Assembly (NCBI GenBank): GCA_964630305.1
Contig: CAZVTR010000006.1
Span: 1 to 63,502, forward strand
Source: an uncultured Treponemataceae bacterium
GTDB taxonomy: Bacteria > Spirochaetota > Spirochaetia > Treponematales > UBA12059
Length of the DNA stretch: 63,502 nucleotides
Direction: 5' to 3'
In this document: piece after piece, positions 10,198-20,036 of the stretch
Position numbering within the stretch: position 1 is the first letter of the stretch
How the letters are laid out: each line of letters begins with the position of its first letter
Position numbers and translations under genes: made by a program
Notes under the pieces: model-generated
Database searches by the model: none
What the model saw: the letters and a program-made list of their open reading frames with translations, nothing else
What the model was told of the DNA's origin: nothing

Positions 10198-11651
10198 CGC
10201 AAAACCTCCGCATTAAAATCTTCAATGAGTTTATCAAGCTGAGCAGTTTGTTTGTGCAAGTTACCCCAGTATGATCGATAATCATCCCACTGAGCTCTCA
10301 GTTCATCGAGTGATTTTCCAAGCTGTTCAATCCAGGTAAAGTATTTAAGCTGATGTATTCGCCGTCTATCTGCATGGGTAAGATCGGCTACATAATCTAC
10401 AGAGAGCCGCTGGAGCATATCAAAATCTTTATCAGCCTGGCGCTGCGTGTAGGGGCCGCGTTCCTGTGTGAGCTCTTGCAGTCTTGAACCATAGAGCTGG
10501 AGTGAATCGGTAAATACAGTGAGCACGATATCGTGTTCTCCAAGTTCGTAATATTTGGCCGCTTTAATTGCAGCAACAAGGTTGCCAATGCCTGAAATAC
10601 CAATGAGATCGAGATTGTCTACAACAGCTTGAGGGATACCGTTTTCTTTGAGCACTTCCCGACCAGCTTTTTCATTAAACAACCGGAGGAGCCGCATTGG
10701 AATTTCATCGTCAACAGCTACTGCAACATCGGTATCACGGAGATTGTGTATCCAGGGAATATGTTTATCACCAATGCCTTCAATGCGGTGACCGCCAAAA
10801 CCATTTTCAAGAATAGTGGGGCATTGCAGCGCTTCACCAACGCCTACGCGGGTACCCGCAAAGTGTTCTTTGAGGTAGCTTCCTGCGCCGAGCGTTCCGG
10901 CAGAGCCGGAGCTGAACACGGAAAGCGCCAGGTAGTCATTGCCTCGGTTAAGTTTATTGTATACTTCTTCGAGCGCTGGTCCTGTCACTGCATAGTGCCA
11001 GAGGTGGTTGGGAAGCTGATCAAATTGGTTAAAGATGACTGCGTCTGGCCGGGTTTTTTCCAGTTCGACGCATTTGTCAAAAATTTCTTTAACATTGGAT
11101 TCACAGCCTGGAGTTGCTATGACTTCTTCTGCCATAGTTTTAAGCCATTCAAAACGCTCTCGTGACATTTCTGCAGGTAAAATAGCAATTGATGGGCAGG
11201 AAAGGAGCCGGCTTATATAGGCTCCGCCGCGGCAGTAATTGCCAGTAGAAGGCCATACCGCTTTTTTAGAGGTCGGATCAAAACGGCCGGTAATTAGTTC
11301 CGGAACCAGGCAGGAATAAGCGGCTCCTACTTTATGCGCACCAGTTGGAAACCACTTGCCAACTATTGCTGCTATGCGTGCTTTTGTCCCTGTGAGTGTT
11401 CTGGGAAGTTCAAAATAATTAACTGGTCCAAAAGCGCCGCCTTGTTCTTTGGGTTCATTGTGCCAGGTTACACGAAAAAGATTTCTGCTGTGTACATCCC
11501 AAAGGCCGATAGATTTGAGTTCCTGTACAATTGATGCAGGAATCAATGTGGGATCTTTCATCTGCGCATAGGTGGGAAGCAGAATACCCTTTTCTTTACA
11601 GCGCTCTATGTTTTTGCGCCGCTGGCTTTCGTTAATTCGTAAATCGATCAT
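10194..11651 (-). CDS. Uncharacterised fold-type II PLP-dependent enzyme (cysteine synthase/beta family) with long C-terminal extension
   Basis: PLP lysine region 'FPTGAHKVGA', 'PSTGNYCRG', 'SSGSAGTLG', 'HRIEGIGDKHIPW'; 485 aa. Confidence 0.8.
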   Translation of the reverse strand: MIDLRINESQRRKNIERCKEKGILLPTYAQMKDPTLIPASIVQELKSIGLWDVHSRNLFRVTWHNEPKEQGGAFGPVNYFELPRTLTGTKARIAAIVGKWFPTGAHKVGAAYSCLVPELITGRFDPTSKKAVWPSTGNYCRGGAYISRLLSCPSIAILPAEMSRERFEWLKTMAEEVIATPGCESNVKEIFDKCVELEKTRPDAVIFNQFDQLPNHLWHYAVTGPALEEVYNKLNRGNDYLALSVFSSGSAGTLGAGSYLKEHFAGTRVGVGEALQCPTILENGFGGHRIEGIGDKHIPWIHNLRDTDVAVAVDDEIPMRLLRLFNEKAGREVLKENGIPQAVVDNLDLIGISGIGNLVAAIKAAKYYELGEHDIVLTVFTDSLQLYGSRLQELTQERGPYTQRQADKDFDMLQRLSVDYVADLTHADRRRIHQLKYFTWIEQLGKSLDELRAQWDDYRSYWGNLHKQTAQLDKLIEDFNAEVLR

Positions 11652-11692
11652 CGTGGTCTCCTTATGTTTACAATAATTGTATCTATCTAAAG

Positions 11693-12928
11693 TTACTGCA
11701 GTCCAAGCCCTTTTGCTGCTGATGCTATATCTTTTAGGCCGCTCCCGGTAACTAAGAGGATTACTACAGCGGATTTTGGTATTTCAGAAGAAGCTTTTTT
11801 GAAACCTGCAAGCACGGTGGCAGAACTTGGTTCTGCAAACACACCAGTTAAGCTGGCTAGTTCTTTTTGTGCTTCAAGAATTTCACTGTCAGAGACAGTC
11901 ACGGTTTTGCCGTTGTACTTGTTGAGCTGCTTGAGTGCGTGGTAACCATTTCTGGGAACATCGACAGAAATAGAATCTGCAAGCGTAGTGCTGGGAACAA
12001 CATCAAAGTACTTGCGCCAGGGATGCTCTTCGTGCGGAGCACCTGCAAACTTGTTGCTGGTTTTATCATACAGCACAGCCTTTTTATCGGATTTAAGCCG
12101 TTCATACGCACGAGCGAGCGCGCTTGAGCCTTCTGCCTGGCATGCCCACAGTGTCGGCATTTTACGAATAAATTCGAACTCATACATTTCTTCAAAACCC
12201 TTATAGAGCCCTGATAGTATGACGCCGTCACCCGCAGGAACAAATACATGATCCGGGTGGATAAGACTGCAGATTTCTAAAGCCGCAGTCTTTTTCCCCT
12301 CAATAGTGAGCGGATTGTACGCAGTATTTCTACAGAGCACATTGTGCTCTTTACAGTACGCAAGACATTCATCGAATGCTTTATCGTAGGTGCCATCTAC
12401 CTCAATAAGTTTTGCACCATACTGCAGTACTTGAATGCGTTTAGCGATAGGTGCTGTTTTTGGGAGAAAAACAGTGATATTCAACCCGGCTCCTGCGCCG
12501 ATACCGGCCATGCTGGAAGCTGCATTGCCGGTGCTGGCGAGCGCTATTTCCTTAATGCCATGCTGAAGCGCAAAACCTGCAACTAAATAGGATGCTCGAT
12601 CTTTATACGAAGCGGTTGGTTCACAGGTGTCGTCTTTGATGTAGAGCTTATCGAACCCATACTTTGTTTGAAGCCGGAATGGACTGTGCATCGGCGTATA
12701 GCCAACTTGCACTTGCGGCTGGAAATCGTATGGTACAGGGTCGGGAAGATCCTCTTCCAGTTGCAGAATTTTTTTTCGTTCTTTGGGACTAACTTCGATT
12801 GCGCATTCCAGTATACCGCGCAGAGGCTCATCTGGTTTCTGATATGCGCTGCATTCATCACAGACATAGACGCCTGGCTCGTGCGGGAACTCTTTTCCGC
12901 ACTCACTGCATCTGTACTTCCATTTCAT
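11693..12928 (-). CDS. Threonine-synthase-like fold-type II PLP enzyme
   Basis: N-terminal Zn-ribbon 'CSECG..CDECS', 'EPTASYKDR', 'ASTGNAASS', 'VPAGDGVILSG', 'AEPSSA', 'LVTGSGLKD'. Start moved to ATG 12928 (RBS GAGGAG). Confidence 0.8.
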   Translation of the reverse strand: MKWKYRCSECGKEFPHEPGVYVCDECSAYQKPDEPLRGILECAIEVSPKERKKILQLEEDLPDPVPYDFQPQVQVGYTPMHSPFRLQTKYGFDKLYIKDDTCEPTASYKDRASYLVAGFALQHGIKEIALASTGNAASSMAGIGAGAGLNITVFLPKTAPIAKRIQVLQYGAKLIEVDGTYDKAFDECLAYCKEHNVLCRNTAYNPLTIEGKKTAALEICSLIHPDHVFVPAGDGVILSGLYKGFEEMYEFEFIRKMPTLWACQAEGSSALARAYERLKSDKKAVLYDKTSNKFAGAPHEEHPWRKYFDVVPSTTLADSISVDVPRNGYHALKQLNKYNGKTVTVSDSEILEAQKELASLTGVFAEPSSATVLAGFKKASSEIPKSAVVILLVTGSGLKDIASAAKGLGLQ

Positions 12929-12932
12929 GTGG

Positions 12933-14141
12933 TTACTCCTCGATAAAATAGGGTAGCGCTGCATAAAAAGCTGCAGCTCTCCATAAATCATCTACCCGGG
13001 TAACCTCATTTGGTGCATGCGCTTGTGCTTCATCTCCTGGTCCAAAACCGATGCAGGGGATACCATGGCGGCCTGCAACAGCTACACAGTTTGTGGAAAA
13101 AGTCCATTTATCAACTACAGGTTTACTTCCAAATACTGCTTCATGTGCTTTAATGCCGCTCTGCACGAGCGGATGTGTCTCGGGGAATTTCCATGTTGGG
13201 AAATAGAGCTCCTGAGAGTATTGTTTACCGGTCCAGCTGGGAGTATTGTAATCGGGGATAAGAATCTCAGCGTCGGTAATACCAGCCTTTGCAAGAGCAT
13301 CCTGTACCTGCTTAACAGCAATTTCTTTGGTTTCACCCCAGGTGAGCCTTCTGTCGAGGTAGAGCATAGCCTGATCCGGGACAGCGCACTGTGAGGGACC
13401 GTGAACATCGATTTTAGAAACAACGACGGTACCCTTTCCAAGGAACCTGTCATCGTCGGGTTGGAGTTCGTCATTGAGCTTTTCTATTGCGAGTGCAGCT
13501 CGTGCTGCTTTATACGCAGCAGATATGCCGCGTTCGGGGGCAGAACCGTGACAGGATAAGCCTTTAATGTGGATTTCCATTTCCATTCTACCGCGATGGC
13601 CGCGATAGAGCTTGAGGGATGTCGGTTCAGTGGAGACAAAATAATCCGGTTTAACGTGTTCTTCTTCAATAAGATACTTCCAGCACATGCCATCACAGTC
13701 TTCTTCGATAATCGTGAATGAAAACCAGACGCTGAATTTGCCATTGTATGCAAGTTCCTTAAGAATCTTTCCCGCTGCAAGCATAGATGCTGCGCCGCCG
13801 GTTTGATCACTGGTACCGCGGCCATAGACTAAACCATTTTCAATGTCTCCAGAAAAAGGGTCTTTCTTCCACTGAGCGGGATCGCCAATACCAACCGTAT
13901 CGATATGAGCATCAATAACAAGCTTTTTAGGACCGTTTCCTACACGGGCAAGCAGATTGCCCAGGCCATCGATTTTTACTTCATCGAAACCAATTTCTTC
14001 ACAAATGGTTTTGAGCAGTATAATGCGATCTTTTTCCTTGTTGCTCATTGCAGGCACTTTAATGATTCGTGAAAGTGTCTGTGCTGTCCAATCTTTGTAA
14101 CTTTCTGCGAGTGTGCGGATAGTTTCTGCTGGTGTGTTCAT
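12933..14141 (-). CDS. ygeY: YgeY family M20 metallohydrolase
   Basis: 'DAHIDTV', 'GRGTSDQTGG', 'EEDCDG', 'RGHRGRME', 'FSTNCVA', 'HAPNE'. Confidence 0.92.
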   Translation of the reverse strand: MNTPAETIRTLAESYKDWTAQTLSRIIKVPAMSNKEKDRIILLKTICEEIGFDEVKIDGLGNLLARVGNGPKKLVIDAHIDTVGIGDPAQWKKDPFSGDIENGLVYGRGTSDQTGGAASMLAAGKILKELAYNGKFSVWFSFTIIEEDCDGMCWKYLIEEEHVKPDYFVSTEPTSLKLYRGHRGRMEMEIHIKGLSCHGSAPERGISAAYKAARAALAIEKLNDELQPDDDRFLGKGTVVVSKIDVHGPSQCAVPDQAMLYLDRRLTWGETKEIAVKQVQDALAKAGITDAEILIPDYNTPSWTGKQYSQELYFPTWKFPETHPLVQSGIKAHEAVFGSKPVVDKWTFSTNCVAVAGRHGIPCIGFGPGDEAQAHAPNEVTRVDDLWRAAAFYAALPYFIEE

Positions 14142-15436
14142 AATGCCTCCATTGCTTTCCAGAGCCTTTGTGCCTGGTTTTGTGTTTCTTGTACGAGATT
14201 TTTTGTATCGAGCTGGATTATTCTGTTTTTCATTACAAGCTTACCTGCGATCATTGTTCCTGAAATGTATGCAGGGGAAAGTCCAAATGCCATGTGACCC
14301 ATAAAGTTTTCGGAAATAAGCGGTGTCGGGGGTTCATAGTCCCAAAAGGTAATATCAGCAGCGTACCCTGGAGCTATATAGCCAAACTTGTTATCGGGGA
14401 AGTACCGATTTAGGATTTTATTGCCATTCCAGAGCATACCGATGAAATCATTCATGTATAGTGGTCCGCCTGCATCCCGATGTTTATAGAAAGCGCATAT
14501 AGCTTCAGTAACCATGTCACTTCCGATGCCATCAGTGCCAAGTGCAACATTTTTATAACTTGGCAGAGCTTCGTTGTATCCAACATGGTTATTCATATTG
14601 GAACGGGCATTGTGAATAAGGAAAGCATCATGAGCATTGAGCTTTTCGATTTCAGAAGCTGTTAGGTAGATGCCGTGTGCAATAATAGTTTTAGAAGACA
14701 AAAGTTCAGCCCGTTCAAGCCGATCAACAATGTCGAGTCCATACTGATACCGTGAATGCACAGCATCATATTTATCTTCTGCAGCATGGATATGGAGCCC
14801 TGATTCCGTTTCGCGGACAGCCTCGCTCAGCATAGCCAGTGTTGTGTTGTTAATAGTAAAGAGTGCATGAGCGCCAATTGATCCTCTCAGGAGGGGATGG
14901 TGAGCGGTTTTTTTTGCGAATCGAATGTTTTCGGCAATCCCTGCTTCTGCGCCTGCATTGCCATTGCGATCAGTTGTCTCATAACAGAGAACACCGCGGA
15001 GTCCGGTGAGCTCAAACCCTTCCGCAATGCGATCGAGCGATGCATCGATACAGTTCGGACTCGCATGATGATCAATTACAGCGGTAACACCGTGCCGGAT
15101 AGCATGCAGTGCGCCGGCAATACCGCTGGCGCGTATCATATCGGCGTCGAGTGCTCTATCGAGACGCCACCAGAGATTATTGAGCTGCTGCACAAAATCT
15201 TTTGACGGAGGAACAGGTGCCATGAGTCCGCGGGCCAGTGCAGAGTAAAAGTGATTATGCGAACACACAAGACCAGGGCTGATATACGGGCTTGTGATAC
15301 TCTCAGCGTCCTGATAGCGGGCTTTGAGTCCTTTGCCGACTTCTTTGATATGCGTGCCTTCGATGAGTACATCGAGAGGTTCTGATACCGATATGGGGTT
15401 AAAATTAAGTATCTTTGTGTTTTCTATGAGTATCAT
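14138..15436 (-). CDS. ssnA: SsnA amidohydrolase
   Basis: 'CSHNHFYSALARG', 'WWRLDRALD', 'IDHHASP', 'HNARSNMNNHVG', 'LGTDGIGSDM'. Confidence 0.92.
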   Translation of the reverse strand: MILIENTKILNFNPISVSEPLDVLIEGTHIKEVGKGLKARYQDAESITSPYISPGLVCSHNHFYSALARGLMAPVPPSKDFVQQLNNLWWRLDRALDADMIRASGIAGALHAIRHGVTAVIDHHASPNCIDASLDRIAEGFELTGLRGVLCYETTDRNGNAGAEAGIAENIRFAKKTAHHPLLRGSIGAHALFTINNTTLAMLSEAVRETESGLHIHAAEDKYDAVHSRYQYGLDIVDRLERAELLSSKTIIAHGIYLTASEIEKLNAHDAFLIHNARSNMNNHVGYNEALPSYKNVALGTDGIGSDMVTEAICAFYKHRDAGGPLYMNDFIGMLWNGNKILNRYFPDNKFGYIAPGYAADITFWDYEPPTPLISENFMGHMAFGLSPAYISGTMIAGKLVMKNRIIQLDTKNLVQETQNQAQRLWKAMEAL

Positions 15437-18400
15437 CGGTTTTGCTCCTTGTTGTACAGCTCGGTTCGAGCAAGCAAGTATCGGTGGTTTGTGAAAAGCT
15501 CTCGCGCAGCAAACAAAAAGGGCGCTGATTGAGCGTCACCTGTTGTGTTCCATGCTTCAAATGTCAGTACAGCGGGTTTGGCTTTTTGTTCGGTTCGCAG
15601 AATGAGATTGGGTTGTTCCGCTTTTCCAAAAAATGCAAAACCGGTGTTGGAACTTGCTTCAAGTTCCTGTTTAGTGTCAAAGAGCGTGATTTTGTCTTTG
15701 CAAGGTTCGCCGTTGTAGGGACAAAAAAAGGAACAGTTGCCGCATTCATTGCAGAGTGCATCGATGTGGAGAATTTGAATAGGCTGCTTAAATGGACCCC
15801 CCGGTATCAAGGTTACAGGCAATGCAAAGTTAGCACGGTTGGGACAAGTTTCTACACAACGTAAACACATAACATCACAGGAAAGGCAGCGCTGAGCTTC
15901 ATTGGTTATAAAATTTTTATCACGAGGGTCGGTTTTAGTTTGATAAGCGCCTCGTTTCATGCGGATTAGTTCGAGTTCTGGATTGGTATGCGGTGTTTCT
16001 GTTAGGCTGTCAACCGGATCTATGCCGGCAATGCGCAGTATTGCAAAGGCTGCTTTTTTGCCGTCGGCTTCGGCAGCAATAATGCTTGAGGGGCCGCGTC
16101 GTAAATCTCCAATGACAAATACTTCTTCGTTTGAAAGACTCATCATGGTTTCTGGATTGCAGAGCGGGTATCCTCGTTCATGGGTTACCTTAAAATGATC
16201 AAGCAGCTGCGTATCAGCTGTTTCTCCGATTGCAGAAATAATGAGGTCACAGGGTTTGAGCTCGGTAATATCAGATGGATACGGGACACGTCTGCCGTCA
16301 TCGCCAGGTTTTCCGAGCAGCATTTTCCGAATTACTATATAGGGGCGTTCTTTTTTGATAACGGCTTCAGGGAGAGAGAGTTCAAGCAGCGTAACACCAT
16401 CGGCAAATGCTGCCTCAAGTTCTTCTTTGTCGGCAGGCATTTCTTCTCTCGTCCTTCGGTATGCAATGTATACATCAGGGCGCCAGGGAAGCCGCGCGGC
16501 TATGCGCGCCGCATCCATTGCGGTATTCCCGCCGCCTATGATAATTATTGTATTTGCGTTTTGATATTGCTCCATAAAGCTTCGGGTTTTTTCTCGTTCT
16601 AGATGGAGTGTTTTTAATAGATCCAAGGCAGTAATTACCGGAATAGTGCAATTTTTTATGTCGATTGGTTTAGATACAGTTGCTCCGCTGGCAAGCACAA
16701 TAGAGGTATAGCCTTGCTCCTTAAGCTCACTGTATGTTGGGTTTGCATTTTTAATAAAAACAGCACCTAATGCCTGAATACGTTCGATATCTTTTTGAAG
16801 CGACTCTTTTGTAATACGGAATTTAGGTATCACGGAAGCAGGTATACCGCCGATGCTGGATGTTTGTTCAAAGACGGTAACAGGATAGCCATTGAGCGCA
16901 AGGTAATGAGCGCATGCAAGTCCGGCAGGTCCTGATCCAAGTATTGCTGTTTTACCCTTATCGAGTACGGGTACTTTTGTTTTTGGCTTGCTGTGAGCTG
17001 TCAGAGCACAGCGATGTTTGATGTCGCGTATTTCAATTGGACCCTCATAGTCATTGCGCGAACACGAGTACATGCACTGGTGATCACAGAGGATACCCGT
17101 AATGTTCGGCAAAGGGTTATCTTTATAGATGATTTCGAGACCTATATCGGCCTTATGTTCTGCAAGTGCGCGAATATACTGAGGTGCTTTTTGCATTGCG
17201 GGGCATGCTTCGATACAGGGTGCTGCAAAACAATCGGATAGCGGCAACTCTTTGTTAATGTACACGGTACCTGTTTTATATGAGCGCTGATAGTATGGTT
17301 TGTTAAAAACACTGTCTGCGAGTAAATGGATGTGTTCAGAATCTGGTTGGGATGCATGCTCTTCTAAAAGTCCTTCTGTGGCTGTTTCTGCAATAGTGAG
17401 GAGCCGCTGGTAACCACCGGGTTTGAGGATATCAGTTACAACGGTGAGCGGCCCAAGTCCAGCTTCGATACATTGCTTAGCATTATATGAAGCTATTCCT
17501 CCGCAAAACGAAAGCGCACTTAGATTAGGAAGCGAATCGATAAGTTCTGATGCTAGCCGTATTGTAATAGGGAAGAGCGCACGTCCAGACATATATCGTT
17601 CTGCACCGGGAAGTCTGTTTGTATTGTTGATGTTAGCCAGTGTATTAGAGAGCTTAACACCAAACCAAGTTCCTTCATTGTTGGCAAGCTGTGACAGATT
17701 TTCAATGAGCTTAATTGCATCTTCAAATTGGAGATCATGTTCAAAGGTTTCGCGTTTTAATTCAATGTTTGTCCAGCCCAGCTTATTGAGGATGCTTCGC
17801 ACTTTAAGGAAACCCAGCAAAGTTGGATTAAGCTTGATGTATGTAGGTAATTTTTTCTCTTTAATGAGATAGCTTCCGATCTGCTCAATTTCATGAGAGG
17901 GACAGCCATGCATTGTAGAGAGCGTTATCGAATGAATTGGCGAATCTGAAAGGTTTGCTATGTATGCCTGTGCCTTTTCCCTAACGTGTTCACCAAAAAT
18001 GGCCTGACAACTGGAACTGGTTAAAGCATCAAGTGTTTCAGCAATAATAGTTTTCATTATTGGGAGTTTCCAGGGATTACGCATACCTTCAATAAAGGAG
18101 TCTACTTTTTGTGATTTTATGCCTTCCAGCGTATAACCGGCTGAAATATTAAAAATAAAATCTTGAGCAGGAATATCCATCAGTATTGAGAGGGTTTTTA
18201 TAGCAATCCATCCTCGAAGATACTCTTCCATGGCTTCTTCGACGAGGAGTTCTGTTGACCACTCGACATTGTGTCCTTCATCGAGCGCATCGATGCATGG
18301 TTTATCGAGTTCGAGACGATCATTTATTTGTACTGTTTTAAGCTCGAATACGCGAGCGCTGCAGAGCCAGCCCGCAATGAGATTAGGGGCAATCTGTGTG

Positions 18401-18597
18401 TGCGGCCCAGCTGCGAGTCCCGCAGGAATCGAAATGCGGGTGTTATAAACGGTAAATCCGGGAGATTTTTGCACCAGTACCTTCATTGCATCGATGCAAA
18501 ACGCAGGTATTTCAAAAATTGTTTTTTTTGCCCGATATTCACCGAACATATGTTCAAAGAGTGCTCTCATTGACGTTGTTTTCATAATTTTGCTCAT
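15433..18597 (-). CDS. ygfK: YgfK flavin/Fe-S oxidoreductase ('putative selenate reductase')
   Basis: 'AAGPHTQIAPN', 'LKTVQINDRL', 'GVKLSNTL', 'GSGPAGLA', 'GGGNTAMDAAR', C-terminal ferredoxin Cys motifs. Start set to ATG 18597 (ATGA overlap with the upstream stop). Confidence 0.92.
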   Translation of the reverse strand: MSKIMKTTSMRALFEHMFGEYRAKKTIFEIPAFCIDAMKVLVQKSPGFTVYNTRISIPAGLAAGPHTQIAPNLIAGWLCSARVFELKTVQINDRLELDKPCIDALDEGHNVEWSTELLVEEAMEEYLRGWIAIKTLSILMDIPAQDFIFNISAGYTLEGIKSQKVDSFIEGMRNPWKLPIMKTIIAETLDALTSSSCQAIFGEHVREKAQAYIANLSDSPIHSITLSTMHGCPSHEIEQIGSYLIKEKKLPTYIKLNPTLLGFLKVRSILNKLGWTNIELKRETFEHDLQFEDAIKLIENLSQLANNEGTWFGVKLSNTLANINNTNRLPGAERYMSGRALFPITIRLASELIDSLPNLSALSFCGGIASYNAKQCIEAGLGPLTVVTDILKPGGYQRLLTIAETATEGLLEEHASQPDSEHIHLLADSVFNKPYYQRSYKTGTVYINKELPLSDCFAAPCIEACPAMQKAPQYIRALAEHKADIGLEIIYKDNPLPNITGILCDHQCMYSCSRNDYEGPIEIRDIKHRCALTAHSKPKTKVPVLDKGKTAILGSGPAGLACAHYLALNGYPVTVFEQTSSIGGIPASVIPKFRITKESLQKDIERIQALGAVFIKNANPTYSELKEQGYTSIVLASGATVSKPIDIKNCTIPVITALDLLKTLHLEREKTRSFMEQYQNANTIIIIGGGNTAMDAARIAARLPWRPDVYIAYRRTREEMPADKEELEAAFADGVTLLELSLPEAVIKKERPYIVIRKMLLGKPGDDGRRVPYPSDITELKPCDLIISAIGETADTQLLDHFKVTHERGYPLCNPETMMSLSNEEVFVIGDLRRGPSSIIAAEADGKKAAFAILRIAGIDPVDSLTETPHTNPELELIRMKRGAYQTKTDPRDKNFITNEAQRCLSCDVMCLRCVETCPNRANFALPVTLIPGGPFKQPIQILHIDALCNECGNCSFFCPYNGEPCKDKITLFDTKQELEASSNTGFAFFGKAEQPNLILRTEQKAKPAVLTFEAWNTTGDAQSAPFLFAARELFTNHRYLLARTELYNKEQNR

Positions 18598-20036
18598 GCG
18601 TACCCCCACTGCAGATGTTTTCCATACCCTGGTTGAACAGTAATGCAATTTTGAAGATTGTCTGAATTACTTCGAGCATCCCAGACAATTGTGCCGCGAA
18701 CCATGGTTATTTCTATAAAACCATCAAAAGTCTTTCCTTGAAATGGTGTTACTGTTCCTTTACTGAGCAATTTATCGCCCTGAACGGTGTATTTTTTTTG
18801 CGGATGAACAAATACCAGATCAGCATCTTTCCCTGGTTCTATCGAGCCTTTACCGTTATCAAGTCCGTAGCGGCGAGCTGCGTTTCCTGCAGTGAGAGCC
18901 GTGAACTGCTTTAGGCTGATCCTGCCTGACTGGTATCCTTCTGAATACAAATAAGGAAAGAGTGTCCCTGTGCCTGGTATACCGCCGTAATCAGTCCAGA
19001 TAGAGCCGGTCTGTTTTTCTTCATGCGGTGCAGGAGCATGGTCGCTTGCAACAAATGAAAATACGTTTCGGCTTATAAGGCGCCAGAGTTTTTCGGTTTG
19101 TCCCAATGATTTAACAGGAGGAGCGGTTTTAAGTGCTGAACCGTGTGTTGCAAAATCTTCACGTGAAAATGCCAGGTAGTGCGGGCATGTCTCTGCCGTA
19201 GCGCCAGCATTGACTGCTAGCTCTGCAGCTTCTGCAGTGCCGACATGTACAATGTGAAGTGCTTGTGTGTAACCCCAGGCAAGAGCGCAGGCCGATGCAA
19301 CCGCAGAGAGCTCTGCAAGCTCACAGCGTGCATTGACATAATCATCCCACTCCGGAGAGCGGTTTTCTTGTTCTGCACGAGCTTTCCAGTACTGGGTTGC
19401 AGGCGCAATAAAAAGCGGATCTTCTGCGTGGAGGAGAAGCGGTCGTTTGAGTTCTGCAGATTTCACGAGCGCTTTTCTAAAGCGAGCATGATCCACAGCA
19501 GTAAAGGTGTCCATACCTGAGATGAAGTAGCACTTAAACCCGACGACATAGGGTGCGAGAGCTTCCATTGCTTCCAGCATGATGTCTTCGTGATGAGCGG
19601 TGGTGACTGTTTGTAATGAGCCAGGGAATGATGCGAGGATGGTTTCAGGGAGCATTCCCGAAACACCGCCAAAGAGTGCAAAATCGATAATGCTCTGTGA
19701 TCGTATGTGCGAAAGCTTGTACAAAAGCGCTTCTTTTGATATGACCGGCGGAATGCTCGTGCATGGCATATCAATTACCGTTGTTATACCGCCTCGTGCT
19801 GCAGCCATAGAACCATGGTAAAAATCTTCTCGGTGTGTAAAGCCAGGTTCATCAAAATGCACATGGGGATCGATGGCCCCAGGGAAAACTTCATAGCCTT
19901 CTGCTTCTAAAACTGTTTCATTGCTGGCTTCGATGGAATCGGCAATAGCTTTTATTTTGCCATTGGCAATATGAATATCTCTTTTTTGAAGCTGGTCTTG
20001 ATTGGGCAGTGCGACACGGCAATTTTTGATAATCAT
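18594..20036 (-). CDS. Allantoinase-like cyclic amidohydrolase (AllB/dihydroorotase superfamily)
   Basis: 'GAIDPHVHFDEPG', 'GGITTVIDMP', 'GFKCYF', 'HAED', 'ETCPHYL', 'KTAPPVK', 'ASDHAP', 'YGGIPG'. Motifs resemble AllB more than HyuA/dihydropyrimidinase. Confidence 0.75.
   Translation of the reverse strand: MIIKNCRVALPNQDQLQKRDIHIANGKIKAIADSIEASNETVLEAEGYEVFPGAIDPHVHFDEPGFTHREDFYHGSMAAARGGITTVIDMPCTSIPPVISKEALLYKLSHIRSQSIIDFALFGGVSGMLPETILASFPGSLQTVTTAHHEDIMLEAMEALAPYVVGFKCYFISGMDTFTAVDHARFRKALVKSAELKRPLLLHAEDPLFIAPATQYWKARAEQENRSPEWDDYVNARCELAELSAVASACALAWGYTQALHIVHVGTAEAAELAVNAGATAETCPHYLAFSREDFATHGSALKTAPPVKSLGQTEKLWRLISRNVFSFVASDHAPAPHEEKQTGSIWTDYGGIPGTGTLFPYLYSEGYQSGRISLKQFTALTAGNAARRYGLDNGKGSIEPGKDADLVFVHPQKKYTVQGDKLLSKGTVTPFQGKTFDGFIEITMVRGTIVWDARSNSDNLQNCITVQPGYGKHLQWGYA

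Noticed and set aside
11693-12928. Calling the ThrC-like gene a housekeeping thrC
   Set aside because: No hom or thrB nearby and it is embedded in a catabolic operon; the family call is kept but the function is left open.
15433-18597. Selenate respiration, based on the legacy 'selenate reductase YgfK' name
   Set aside because: The gene context points to purine reduction; no DMSO-reductase-family selenate reductase genes are present.
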